64,000 bases of DNA, from NCBI RefSeq assembly GCF_006345805.1, contig NC_043007.1, positions 75,206,001-75,270,000 of the forward strand. The letters run 5' to 3'. Numbering within the stretch: position 1 is the first letter of the stretch; each line of letters begins with the position of its first letter. This DNA is from Octopus sinensis (lineage: Eukaryota). The notes below the pieces were generated by a model. That model ran no database searches and was not told the DNA's origin. It was given only the letters and a program-made list of their open reading frames with translations. This document shows positions 13,035 through 27,841 of this stretch, in pieces. Both the position numbers and the translations under genes were made by a program.

Positions 13035-13195
13035 GGTGTCCCAATACGTATTGAGATTGGTCCTCGTGATATGAAACAAAACCAATTTGTTGCTGTCAGA
13101 AGAGATACTGGTGAAAAGGTTGAGATGGCCAATGATAACATTAGCAAGAAAATCCAAGAATTACTAAATAAAATTCAAGACAATTTATATGCTAA
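13035..13195 (+). CDS. EPRS1: EPRS exon GVPIRIEIGPRDMKQNQFVAVRRDTGEK...QDNLYA
   Basis: Follows an 87-nt intron; gcAG/GTaagt borders, ends in phase 2. Confidence 0.95.
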
Positions 13196-13664
13196 GTAAG
13201 TACTAAAATATACTATCTTATTAACATAAAGTGCATTTAGTAGTATTTAGTTGTGCACCAGTATATTTTTTTCTCTTTACAAAGGACTTTTAATGATTTA
13301 GAATCAAGTAAATAATTTTTGAAGATTTCAAAAACCAGAGGATGCTTATTAATTTATCAAATATCTTTTAAAAATATTTGTCAAAGACCAAAGTCACCTG
13401 TTGCAAGAAAGTAGCACTGTGGCTGTCAAATTGATTTTATTCTTATCAAAATGAGACAAAGATGTCCAATTTTGATTACTATTTTGGAAGGATCTTCTCT
13501 GGTATCTGTTAGTGACTAGGAAATTCAGCCCGGTCTCCCATCAAGGTAGTTAAGAACCACAACTAAGAAAGCTGTTGTTGAAAGAAAGACTTCCAAATAC
13601 ACAAGCATTTAGCAATATAAGCAAAGAAGTGCTGGACAATCTGTTGCAAACCACTAACTAATCT

Positions 13665-13806
13665 GCTTATTTTATGTTCAAACTGGTCAGATCTGGCCTT
13701 TCACACCTTCCCTACAATGCCATTCTAAAAATAAATGATTACATCATTCAAAAGAATGTGAATAAATAAGCATTAGATTTGACTGAGTTACCTGAATGCC
13801 AAAAGG
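13665..13806 (-). mobile_element. piggyBac-type MITE, partial copy
   Basis: Homology to the family; one end aaagg-TTAA. Confidence 0.6.
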
Positions 13807-13934
13807 TTAAAGCAATCACAGAAATACTGGTAAATATATTCCTGTAAATTTGTATTTTTCCCTCCAAAAATATTTTTAAAAAATTTTTTTTTTTTATCTA
13901 ATGATTGGACTCAATTCTGTTTTCCATTTCTCAG

Positions 13935-14078
13935 CGCCAAGAAAGAACGTGATGAACATCTCTGTATCTCATATAACTGGAATGATTTTTGTAACTCCCT
14001 TGATCAGAAGAAACTTATCCAATCTCCATTTTGCGGAGGAGTAAGTTGTGAAGACAAAATAAAGAAGGACAGTGCAAG
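13935..14078 (+). CDS. EPRS1: EPRS exon (N)AKKERDEHL...LIQSPFCGGVSCEDKIKKDSA(R)
   Basis: tcAG/GTatgt borders, 144 nt, phase 2-2; PFCG..CED zinc-binding region. Confidence 0.93.
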
Positions 14079-14843
14079 GTATGTTGTTTTATCCTCTGGA
14101 TATAAATTATGAAGTGTTCTCCATCCTTCTTTCTCAGTCTGACCTCTCTCGACTTTCTCAGTTAATTTTACGCAGGTGGCACATAAAAAACACCTGGCAC
14201 ACTCTGTTAACTGGTTGGTGTTAGGAAAGGCATCCAGCCATAGAAACTATGCCTCAACAGACAGCTCCACATCAAATCATCCAACTCATGCCAGCATGAA
14301 AAGCAGGCGTTAAACGATGATGAGAATGATTCACAGGAGTCCAACCTGACTCATCTTAACCACTATCCTCTTTCACCACTTCTCTTACATTCACCTTGTA
14401 ATTTGAGTCTAGGTCCCCTGCTGATACATCTCTTTTCCAACTGAAGTAACCTTATATCTCCACAAGATGTCTGTACCCAATCCTCTATCATACTTTAACC
14501 TCTCGTGACCTAGCATAAAGCCACCTCCCTCAATACAGCTTCACCCTTTAATTGAAGTGGTCTTGTCTTGCAAGTTGTGACCTCACTCATACCAATAGCA
14601 CATGAAAAGCACCCGGTACACTGTCAAATGGTTGATGTTAGGGAAAGGCATCCAGCCATAGAAACCATGCCAAACCAGATGGAGCTTCATAGAGTCTTCT
14701 GGCTCACCATCCAATGAAAGCATGGAGAACAGATGTTGAATGATGATTATGTATGGATCAATCTCTCTCTCTCATTTTAATGCCATTATTAATATTTCAT
14801 AACTAATATAATTCAAAAGATTTTTACTTAATTTCAGTTTTTA

Positions 14844-15224
14844 CTAGCAGTGTTGCTCGGGTTTGTTTCAACCCTTTAGAATTGGAATTTTTGGAAAGTA
14901 AAAATTTTGCATTATGTAGCTTGTTATTCTCTTTAAGTCAACATTTTTCTGGTTGAAATACACTGATAAATGGCGACACAGCAGTCAAAAAGTCGTAAAA
15001 AATAGGTATTTTCATAGAAAAAAAAAGCATCTTTTTGATGTAAATAATTTTTGGTGTTAGCATGGTCCGATTTGAATTTTTCTTCTACGGAATGAAGAGC
15101 AAGCCTTCTGCTATCATACTCTCAATTTTGGTCAACTTGCGCTGCAGGGTCTCGGAGGAAATAGTGTTAGTTGAAGGCTACCAAACCTGCCATACACAGA
15201 CAACTTCAGCTTTATATATATAGA
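14844..15224 (-). mobile_element. Non-autonomous Helitron, family A
   Basis: On - strand TCtatatatataaagctgaagttgtc...cccgagcaacactgCTAG|T; reverse-complement homologue of 29657-30048. Confidence 0.8.
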
Positions 15225-15283
15225 AATTATCATTATTTTTATTTCATGTTTGGAGTTAGAGTAATTTTTTAAATTGTGTCTAA

Positions 15284-15501
15284 CCCTTTAGCATTCAAAT
15301 TACTTCGCCAAATGTAATACATCTTCATTCACATTGATTTGAATTAATCATGGATTATCTCATATCTTTGAGATTTCCATATGATTTGTTGATTTTTACA
15401 ATGACATTTTTAAGTAGGGGTGAGAGATCAGATCTGACTAGTTTGAATATAAAACTGGTAGAATATTTGGGCAGGATATTGCCAGTTTGAATGCTAAAGG
15501 G
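15284..15501 (+). mobile_element. piggyBac-type MITE copy
   Basis: CCCTTTAG...CTAAAGGG with mutated TTAA flanks. Confidence 0.75.
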
Positions 15502-15594
15502 TTGAATACATTTTTTCTAATATTGTTCTCTAATGTCATATTCTCTAACAGCATTCAATAATGATTAATTAATGATTAATTCTTACTTTTTCAG

Positions 15595-15751
15595 AGATGT
15601 AGTTGTTGAAGAAGGAGCTCCTGCGATGGGAGCCAAAGGATTATGTATTCCATTTCAACAGCCCGCTGAACTTAAGCCTGGTACTTTGTGCATCCACCCC
15701 GATTGCAAAAAGAATGCAAAATATTTTACTTTGTTTGGCCGCAGTTATTAA
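15595..15751 (+). CDS. EPRS1: EPRS terminal exon [20 protein letters not shown]...[11 protein letters not shown]
   Basis: ttttcAG acceptor; ends in the FGRSY C-terminus of eukaryotic ProRS; TAA at 15749-15751. Confidence 0.96.
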
Positions 15752-15909
15752 AACCCTGTCAAACTATTTTTCTATAACTATCAACTAAAAACAAAAATAA
15801 TCTATATTTAGACTGGACTTGTTTCTTTTTAACCTGAACTTCATTAACATAATAACTGCTTCTGTAATTCTCTTCTTAAATTAAACCCTTCATTACTGTC
15901 TCATATTCA

Positions 15910-15990
15910 AATAAATATGAATTGAAATTTCTAAATATTTCTCTGTGTATACTTTAGTTGTTCTTGTACTTTTTTTTGTTATTGTCAGGG
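15910..15990 (+). terminator. Candidate EPRS polyadenylation signal with downstream GU/U-rich element
   Basis: AATAAA at 15910-15915, about 160 nt after the stop, followed by tgtgt and T-rich tracts. Confidence 0.55.
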
Positions 15991-17039
15991 TGAGGATTTA
16001 GTAATTGTCTAAGGTACATATGATGGCACAGTCAAGTCCTTAAAAGACGCCATACATGTGATCAGTACTGTGAAAGGGACAACAGTGACATCAGAAGCTC
16101 CACCAGTGTTCAACATGATAGTGGATAAAAATTTGTGGCTTGGACTGGCTGTAGCAATTGGATTCTGAAAGCTGGGTCTACTGGGTGGAGTGGATGATTG
16201 GTAGAGCACAGCAGACATTCCAGAAAGGATGAATCAGTCAGAACATCATCAACAAGAAATGGTATGAGACTGGACATTGTACTCTGCTCATTTTGACCAA
16301 AACTAAAGTTTCTGATTGAACTCGGTGTGCCATATGAAAACAGAATTTAAAAAATCCCACATCTACAAGATTGAAAAACAATTTAACCATCAAATCTACC
16401 TATAATCTCATGTGAGCAAATCTACCTATAATCTCATGAAACAACTCTCAATTTAAGGCAATAGTAGAATCAGCTGAAAAGAATTCCAACTGGGTCTGAT
16501 CAAAGGAGAATGGAAGTGAATTTCAAAAGGTTTAATTTACCCTACAGTCAATTGGTGTCTTAGACTGAACTGGTTGCGTCACCCAAAGTACCTTAGCTCT
16601 GGGGTACCTTTGCACAGAATGTCGAAACAGAAGGGTATCCAGGAGTCATGACTTGGATGTGGCCTTGTCCCCTTTGTCCAACCTGTTCCCACAGCAAGTT
16701 TGACATCTCTCCCATGGCCAGACATATTTCTGATGGAAGACAAGAAATGGACATCTTTTGTATGGCAATGATACTCATTTACAACAACCGTGATATCAAG
16801 ACAAGGACACACATTGACCTGTGTCATCAAGCATACATACTCATAATTAAATATATTTATGGGCACAGGTGTGACTGCAATAGGAAGCTAGCTTCCCAAC
16901 CACATGGTTCCAGGTTCAGTCCTACTAAGCAGCACTTTGGACAATTGTCTTCTGTAACTTCAAGCCAACCAAAGCCTTGTGGGTGTATTTGGTAGATGGA
17001 AACTGAAAGAAAGCCATCATGTGTATACGTGAAAAAAAA

Positions 17040-17335
17040 CATTCAAGCGAGGTCGTTGCCAGTGCCGCTGGACTGGCTCCTGTGCAGGTGGCACATAAAA
17101 AGTACCATTTGAGCGTGGCCGTTACCAGTACCACCTAACTGGCCCTCGTGCCAGTGGCATGTAAAAGCACCCACTACTCTCTCGGAGCGGTTGGCATAGG
17201 AAGGGCATCCAGCTGTAGAAACTCTGCCAGATCAGATTGGAGTCTGGTGCAGCCATCTGGTTCACCAGACCTCAGTCAAGTCATCCAACCCATGCTAGCT
17301 TGGAAAGCGGACATTAAACGATGATGATGATAATG
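17040..17335 (+). mobile_element. RTE LINE 3' tail copy
   Basis: Same family. Further copies lie at about 14170-14325, 14590-14750, 18070-18325, 24481-24670(-), 46730-46860, 54655-54757 and 63550-63930(-). Confidence 0.85.
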
Positions 17336-19475
17336 ATATATATATATATATATATAATGTGTGTGTGTGTGTATGTTTTTGTGTTGCTGTTCCTCACCAC
17401 CACTTGACAGCTGATGTTGGTGTTTACATCCCCTTAACTTAGCAGTTCAGCATAAGAAACCAATAGAATAAGTACCAGGCTTTGAAAAACATAAGTACTG
17501 GGGTTGATTCATTTGACTAAAAATTGTTAGAGGTGGTGCCCCAGCATGGCTGCAGTCTAATGACTGGAACAAGTAAAAGGGTTAATACATAAATAAATAT
17601 GCATGAATTAATTTCTTTCAGTTTCCATCCACTGAATCCACTCACAAAACTGTGGTCAACCCAGAGCTAAAGAAAACACAGCGTTAGGAAGAACATGCCA
17701 AAACAGACTGGAGCTTGCCAGCTCCTATCTAACCATCCAACCCATGCCAGCATGGAAGACAGATGTTAAATGATGATGGTACCCAAGGTACCATGCTGGG
17801 AAATTGAATCCAAGACCATATGGTTAAGATGCAAGCTTCTTGACCACAAATGCATTCCTGTTCTTGTAACATTTTACATAAAAATAGGAAAATAGGGGGA
17901 AAAAAATAACATTGCCTGATTCAAAATTGACTCCTAATCAGATGAAGTGTAAAGAAAACAAAAAAGAAAAACTTGAAAAATATGTAATTTTCACTTGAAC
18001 TATTGGAACTACACAAGATATTGATTTTAAATTTTGGCACAAGGCCAGCAATTTCAGGGAGAGATAATTTGTTTATGCCAGTGCCACCTTCCATGCCGGT
18101 GGCTCGTAAAAAGCACCAACCGATCGTGGCCGTTGCCAGCCTCCCCTGGAACGTAAAAAGCACGCACTACACTAACAGAGTGGTTGGCATTAGGAAGGGC
18201 ATCCAGCTGTAGAAGCACTGCCAGATCAGACTGGAGCCTGGTGCAGCCTCCTGGCTTCCCAGACCCCGGTTGAACCCTCCAACCCATGCTAGCATGGAAA
18301 ACGGACGTTAAACGATGATGATGATTGACTCTAGTGTTCAACTGGTATATACTTGCACTATTCCCCAAAGCTACTACACCACTTTTCTAACTCTATATTA
18401 ACCATCAGAGAATTTGCTCTGAAACAACAGACTTCCAGTGACACCAGCTAAATCCGCCCGTTTTTTAACTACCAGCACCACAGTAAAGAACGTTTTTTCC
18501 AGACAACATAAATATAAACAAAGCCACCTTCCTCAACATTATTCCCACACACCCTCAGTTGAGGAGTCTTTGTCTTGCAAATTACTTGATGTCTTTGCTG
18601 GTGTCAGTACTGTGAAAAATGCATCCAGTACTCTCTGCAAAGTGGTTGGGGTTATGAAGAGCATGTAGGTGTAGAAATCCTGCAAAAACAGGCAGTAGAA
18701 CTTGACACAGTTCTCTACCTTTCCAACTCCTGTCAAACCACCTAACTCAGGGCTTGGGGAACGTTTTTAACTAATTACCCCAAAATATTTATTTACGCCG
18801 ACGTTGATTTGAAAGGAAGAAAATCATAGATTCTTTGAATTCAAAACGTTTATTGAAGGAACATGTTTTTTATCAGGTTTTACTTATGTCTAATGAGTCC
18901 TCGTTAACTCCAAAAATTTCATTTTTACTCCACTTAGGGTAATTTACCCTGGTTCACCAACACCTGATCTAACTCATGAGTGCTTAGAAAACAGATGTTG
19001 CATGATAATGATGATGATGATTAATGACAGGTTTCCACACAGTTTCTGTCTACCAGATTTACTTACAAGGCACTGGTCCATCTGGGGCTATAGCAGAAAA
19101 CATTTACCCAGAGTGACAGGCAGTGGAGACTGAACCTGAAACCACATGGTGAAAGAATGTCTACACCTATATAGCCCTTGTGCAGACACGGCTGTGTGGT
19201 AAGAAGCTTGCTTCCCAACCACATGGTTCAGTGTTCAGTCTCACTATATGGTATTTTGAGCAAGTGTCTTTTACTATACCTATTTCTTTATTACCCACAA
19301 GGGGCTAAACACAGAGGAGACAAATGGATTAAGTCGATTGCATCGACCGCTGTGCATAACTGGTGCTTAATTTATTGACCCTGAAAGGATGAAAGGCAAA
19401 GTCAACCTCAGCGGAATTTGAACTCAGAACGCAGCAGCGGATGAAATACCACAAAGCATTTCGCCGGGCGTGCTT

Positions 19476-20364
19476 TCCCTGATTATCTATGACTTCCTTC
19501 CATCTATTTACAAGCTTTTTAACCCCATCAATGTAAAACTCTTTTCGTTTCAAAGCGAAGAACTCTGAAATGTCAGTTTCAACCTCCTCCTGGCTTGCGA
19601 GGATTATGTCCCCCAAATGATTCTGTAAACTATGAAACAAATGGTAGTCTGAAGGAGCAAGGTCGGAAGAATAAGGTGGATGAGGAATTTTTTCCCAACT
19701 AAGCTTTTCAATCTTCTGTGATGTGATGTTTGCAGTGTGGGGTCATGCAATGATCCAATGAAACATCACACCTTTCCGATTCACTAAAGCGGGTCTTTTT
19801 TTCTTCAAAGCTTGGTTCAAGCACTTTAACTGCTGACTGTAAACTTGAGCATTGATTGTTGCATTAGATGGTAACAATTCAAAGTGAATTACTCCTTTGC
19901 AATCCCACCAGATAGAGAGAAGAACCTTTTTCTCATGAAGTTCGCTTCGTGGGTGTGGTTGAGCTTTTTCCCTTTTACCAAGCCACTGTTTATAATGTTT
20001 AACATTTCGATAGAAGATCCATTTTTTGTCACCAGTCACAAGTCTATCCAAAAAGGGTGAAATGAGTTCATGAGAATGGAAAGAAGAGCAGATGTCAACT
20101 CTAGATTTGCAGTTGCTTTCAGACAATTCATGAGGCACCCATTTTCCAAGTTTAGGAACCTTTCCAAGTTGTTGAAGATGACAATGAACAGTTGTATGGT
20201 TTCAACTAAGCTTTATTGCCAATTCTTCAACTGATAATTAGTTTAAATGTAAACAAATACATAAAAATGATTTTTAATTCCATTAGACATTCTAAAATAC
20301 TATTAAATTTCATTCAATTTTCTAAAAGGGAAAATTTGGACAGAGCTTATGGGATGACCTGATA
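19476..20364 (-). mobile_element. mariner (DD34D) transposon relic with internally deleted transposase
   Basis: One frame gives WVPHEL, LVTGDKKW, W(II)A*PH, HPPYSSDLAPSDYHLF and RWKEVIDNQG. 5' TIR tcaggtcatcccataag with TA at 20363-64; 3' end cut by a SINE. Confidence 0.92.
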
Positions 20365-20410
20365 TATCTGTTAAAATGAGTTGTCAGTGTTATTTTCCTT
20401 TATATATATA

Positions 20411-21034
20411 CTAGCAGTATCGCCCGGCGTTGCTCGGGTTTGTAAGGGAAATAACTATATAAGCATTTTTAGAGAGTTATAGCCAAAACATGCATTAAAA
20501 ATGGAAAAAATATGATGGTAAATATTTTGAAAAATCGTTGACTCATCGTAGACATTTTTAGAGAGTTACTTCCCTTATATAATAGCGAAAAAATGCATTA
20601 AAATGGAAAAAAAACGATGGTAAATTTTTTTTTAAATCGTAGACTCATGTAGATGCTTTCTTAGCCATTTCTGTTTTGGTGTCTTCAAGCCATGAAGTCG
20701 TTCTAAAAGAACGCTGGTCTCCTTGACAACGCATTACGACGTTGATTTCCTTACACTCCCTTCCCCACAGGTGCAGGTGTGAGCGTGGACGCCAACTCCG
20801 CCGCCATCGACACACGAAAAATTATGCATTAAAATGGAATAAAAAATGATGTTAAATTATTTTTAAAATCGTAGACTCATCGTAGACGCGCGCTAATACT
20901 CAGACGGGCTCGATATGAATCACGACTATAAGCTACCCGAATTTGGTTAAACTGCACCGCAAAATGTGGGAGTAGTTAGGAATCTAAATCGAAGGGGACA
21001 GACACTCACACAACTACAGTTTTATATATATAGA
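20411..21034 (-). mobile_element. Non-autonomous Helitron, family B (624 bp)
   Basis: On - strand A|TCtatatatataaaac...cccgagcaacgccgggcgatactgCTAG|T: canonical TC start, 3' hairpin, CTAG end and AT target. Confidence 0.88.
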
Positions 21035-22070
21035 TATACATAGCGCAGTAGTGGTGAGATGTGACAGCAAAGAAAAGCATACATTCACTCTCTGCATGCA
21101 ATTAGACTCGGAAAGTTCGTGAGGAACCCATTGACCCAATTTGCTGACTTTTCCGATAGCACACAGGTCTCAATGAATGGTTGAATGACCAAATCCAAGC
21201 TTCTCTGCTAGTTCCTCAACAGTTACGATGAGATTTTGTTCCACCAGGGTTTTCAGGATGTCCTTGTCGAGTTCTACAGATCTTTCAGGATGAGGCTCGT
21301 CTTCTAGGCTGTTCCAATATAGCTTTGAAAAAAATAGCTGTTAAAATCGAAATGCACTCTTCAAAACTTGCACTATGAATAAGGACAAGATAAAATTACT
21401 ACCTGCTTTTATAGCAAGTTAATATAAGTAGTTTATCCCATTCCCCTCTGACTTTTAGTTCAAGCTGTTGAAAAAACCGCATTATTATATATATATACAT
21501 ACATACATACATACATATACACACACTCTCTCTCTCACACACATGCACACATTTATATTCTGTTATTCTTTTATATGTTTCAGCCTTGAGGTTGTGGCCA
21601 TGCTGGATCATGTGTGTGTGTGTGTGTGTCTATCTGTCTGTCTGTCTGTATGTATATATGTATATGTATGTGTGTGAACAATAATATTTTCAACAGATGT
21701 GTTGCAAATGTATCTGATTGTTCTCAAGCTTCAATACTGTGTGTGTGTATGTGTGTGTGTGTGTATGTATGTATGTATATGTATGTATGTATGTGTATGT
21801 ATGTGTGTATGTATGTATGTGTGTGTGTATGTATGTATGTGTGTGTGTGTATGTATGTATGTATGTATGTATGTATGTATGTATGAGTGTATGTTTACTT
21901 TATTACTAACACAAGCCACTACGGTTATTTAATGTAAAGTCTTCCTCAAATCACTATCTCTGGCTATTTACTCTCTTCCAAGAACATTTTCACTCACACT
22001 TATGTGTTAGCTTCCCATACATTTTACTCATGTATCTATCAGCGTGATAGAGAGAAACAAATATTACATC

Positions 22071-22340
22071 TAGTTTCACTTTATTCGTTGCCCACTCTGT
22101 GTGTGCGTTTGCGTGTGGTGTAAACCAGACTAAGAAAAGCATTTGACACACACACCAGAATGTGAGTTTTCTGTAAATTTTGCTTAATTGGAGTTTAAAT
22201 TTTAAAAACTTGACCTGGCATGACGCGATGCATTGTACTCTTAAAAATGCTAGGTAAATTGTAATTGAAGAAATCCTATATTGTAGATTTGTATAACTCC
22301 CAAAGGGAGGCAGATAAAATCTGCCTTTTATAATAAGAGA
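22071..22340 (-). mobile_element. Helitron family C 5' segment (left arm of palindrome)
   Basis: Reverse complement of 22345-22614; A|TC start at 22340; no hairpin-plus-CTAG terminus of its own. Confidence 0.75.
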
Positions 22341-22344
22341 TATA

Positions 22345-22803
22345 TCTCTTATTATAAAAGGCAGATTTTATCTGCCTCCCTTTGTCAGTTATAGAAATCT
22401 ACAATATAGGATTTCTTCAATTACAATTTACCTAGCATTTTTAAGAGTAGAATGCATCGGGTCATGCCAGGTCCAGTTTTTAAAATTTAAACTCCAATTA
22501 AGCAAAATTTACAGAAAACTCACATTCTGGTGTGTGTGTCAAATGCTTTTCTTAGTCTGGTTTACAGCACACGCAAACGCACACACACAGTGTGCAACGA
22601 ATAAAGTGAAACTAATTCGCTTTTATATAAGGGAAGTAACTCTCTAAAAATATCTACGATGTGTCAACGATTTAAAAAAAAAATTTACCTTAATTTTTTT
22701 CAATTTTTAATGCATTTTTTGCTATTTTTTGGCTATAACTCTCTAAAAATGCTTATATAGTTATTTCCCTTACAACCCGAGCAACGCCGGGCGATACTGC
22801 TAG
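22345..22803 (+). mobile_element. Non-autonomous Helitron, family C 5' end joined to family B 3' end
   Basis: A|TCtcttattataaaaggcag...cccgagcaacgccgggcgatactgCTAG|T. Confidence 0.88.
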
Positions 22804-24915
<2,112 letters not shown>

Positions 24916-25915
24916 TCTCTTATTATAAAAGGCAGATTTTATCTGCCCCCCTTTGTCTCTTATAGAAATCTACAATATAGGATTTCTTCAATTACAATTT
25001 ACCTAGCATTTTTAAGAGTAGAATACATCGGGTCGTGCCAGGTACAGTTTTTCAAATTTCACCCCAATTAAGCAAAATTTCGAGAAAACTCACAGTGCTT
25101 TTCAGTGGGGCACACACACACACACACAAAACGGAGCAAACGCTTCACTCTATGTTATCACCCTAATTTCTCCTCCTTTCTCTTTGCAAGTGTGCAACGA
25201 TTAAAGTGAAAGTATTTATGTAAAATGGATGAACTGCTTCACTCATGCTATCACCATAATTTCTCCTTCTTTCTCTTTGCAAGTGTACCTTAAACCACCA
25301 CTCAAAAAAAAAACACAGCAAACAGAAACAAATAAATACATAACGATTTACTCCTCACACAATTTCTTCAATTAGAGTTTACCTATGATTTTTCAAAGTA
25401 CTTCCATTCGGTCATGGCATACAAAATTTCTTTCAATTTCACCCCCATTTCAGAAAAAATTCGAGAAAACTAAATATTTTACCTTTTCACTCTTTCACTT
25501 CAAAGCCTTTACTCTGCATATTACTCCCACTTCCTCTTTACACACATAGACACGCAAATATATAAATAAAATTGTAAGCTAACGTGTGTGTGTGTGTGAG
25601 TGTGTGTGTGCGTGTGTGTGTGTGTGTGTGTGAGGGTGCGTGTGTGTGAGTGTGTGTGTGTGTGACAGGGATGAGCCAGTCAGACTGGTCATCCTTTTTG
25701 CTAGAAGATCCCTAGGTCTTATATGCTACACCACTGGTTTTCAGTTCATATTAATCAAATTATATTCACAACAAGAAGGACTTTCATTATAATACATCAG
25801 TTCCACACATTTACCCTGGTTCCATTTCGGACAACTGCACAAACATTTGCCATTTCACACATGTATGTAAACAAATTCCTTTCTTAAAAATTTCAATTCA
25901 TTTTCTTTTTCAATT

Positions 25916-26471
25916 CATACAAAGTTTTTTAGGACGAATATAAGATCTAAAGTATATCCAAGTAGCAGAAAGATCGCCCAAAAGTGTATATAGATATTTA
26001 AATGTATTTATATATTCATCTATACACAGATGTATGTATAATGTGTGTGTATATATTTCCATAGAGGTAACCATTCATTCCATACAAAGTTATTTAGGAC
26101 GAATATAAGATCTAAAGTATATCCAAGTAGCGGAAAGATCGCCCAAAAGTGTATATAGATATATAAATGTATTTATATATTCATCTATGCACACATGTAT
26201 GTATAACGTGTGTGTATATATTTCCATAGAGATAACCATTCACTCCATACAAAGTTTTTTAGGACGAAAATAAGATCTAAAGTTATCTCTAAGAAACAGA
26301 AAGATTGCCCAAAAGTGTATATAGATATTTAAATGTATTTATATATACATCTATACACACATGTATGTATAATGTGCGTGTATATATTTCCATTGAGGTA
26401 ACCATTCAATCCATACAAAGTTTTTTAGGACGAATATAAGATCTAAAGTATATCCAAGTAGCAGAAAGATC
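25916..26471 (+). repeat. 165-bp tandem repeat, about 3.4 units
   Basis: catacaaagtt(t/a)tttaggacgaa recurs at 25916, 26081, 26246 and 26412. Confidence 0.92.
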
Positions 26472-26703
26472 TTTATATAAGAGTGAAGTTGTGTGTCTGT
26501 CTACTCCGATTTAGATTCCTAACTACTCCCACATTTTGCGATGCAGTTTAACCAAAAGCGGGTATCTTATAGTCGTTATTCATATCGAGCCCTTCTGGGT
26601 ATTAGCGCACGTCTACGGTGAGTCTACGATTTTACAAATAATTTACCATCATTTTTTTCCATTTTAATGCATTTTTTTTAAATAAAGGGAAGTAACTCTC
26701 AAA

Positions 26704-27212
26704 CTTCACACCAATATGCGTGCTCATATGCAACGTAATATCACATCAGCAGCATTTCCTCACACCCTCCTTGCACTTGGCGAAGGCAAAATACCAGGGG
26801 ATGAAAATGGTAATATTGCCATCAATTCCATTTGTACCATTGTTAAGACACCTTCTGATCTCAGAGATGCAGTGTTCCCAGATCTACAAGCTAATTATCA
26901 GAATATGAATTGGATTGGCCAAAGGCTATACTGGCCCCGAGGAATAAAACTGTTCACCATATTAATGATGAAATGCTAAAACTCATTCCTGGGGAAGTCT
27001 ATGTATATCAGTCTATCGATACAACTCCTGACCCAGAGGACGTCATCAACTATCCAATAGAGGTACTCAATTCCTTTGAGCACCCCGGACTACCACCACA
27101 CATTCTCAAACTTAAAGTTGGTGCCCCTATAATGCTCATCAGAAATTTGGTTCCCCCAAAACAATGCAATGGCACTCGTTTGATCGTTAAGTCCTTATCT
27201 CCCACCGTAAAC
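26704..27212 (+). pseudogene. Helitron RepHel PIF1-family helicase C-terminal fragment, frameshifted
   Basis: LHTNMR, a frameshift near 26925, then AILAPRN, YPIEVLNS and GLPPHILKLKVGAPIMLIRNLVPPKQCNGTRL, all PIF1/Helitron helicase motifs. Confidence 0.92.
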
Positions 27213-27312
27213 TTATATCAATATTTGCCTGAATAATCATCATAATTCAGTGCAATCATTAACAGTACTTTCAAGCAATTCAGCCCCGAGCAACGCCACG
27301 CAATTCTGCTAG

Positions 27313-27675
27313 TATATATATATAAATGGCAAAATGTCTGTGTGTGTGCCCTTTATACAAATCCACAATTTTTCAGTTAGAGAGCTCACACTTTCTATGG
27401 TCACTTTCAAAACCGTCCAAGGGTGGTCGTGCACATCTTTACATTTCCCCAGTCACCCCGCAAAGCCATTAAAAAATCAATAGAAGTAACTTTTTTGTGA
27501 ATTTTCTATCCAAAATGCAATCAAAATGCCCAAAACTTGATACGCCAATTGAATGCCAGCTAGCTGTATGTGATTGGTCGGAGATTTGGACAGTACTCGC
27601 GTATATGTGCGCACGCACGCAGCTGTATATGCATGCACTAGCACTATAACCCAACAACGCTGAGTCATAGTGCTA

Positions 27676-27676
<1 letters not shown>
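27313..27676 (+). mobile_element. Non-autonomous Helitron, family D
   Basis: Starts in a TA run (tatatataaatggcaaaatgtctgtgtg); ends acccaacaacgctgagtcatagtgCTAG|T, a diverged version of the shared terminus. Confidence 0.7.
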
Positions 27677-27717
<41 letters not shown>

Positions 27718-27719
27718 GC

Positions 27720-27760
<41 letters not shown>

Positions 27761-27777
27761 TATATATATATATATGC

Positions 27778-27828
<51 letters not shown>

Positions 27829-27841
27829 ATCTGCATATATA

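Larger units (their letters stand above)
24916..27312 (+). mobile_element. Composite Helitron: family C 5' end, internal repeats, 165-bp satellite, second TC start at 26470, helicase relic, CTAG terminus
   Basis: A|TC at 24916; ccccgagcaacgccacgcaattctgCTAG|T at 27312. Confidence 0.8.

Noticed and set aside
15985-16300. Additional exon or convergent gene after EPRS
   Set aside because: The acceptor-like ttgtcAG leads to stops in all three frames; the short ORFs on both strands resemble nothing recognisable
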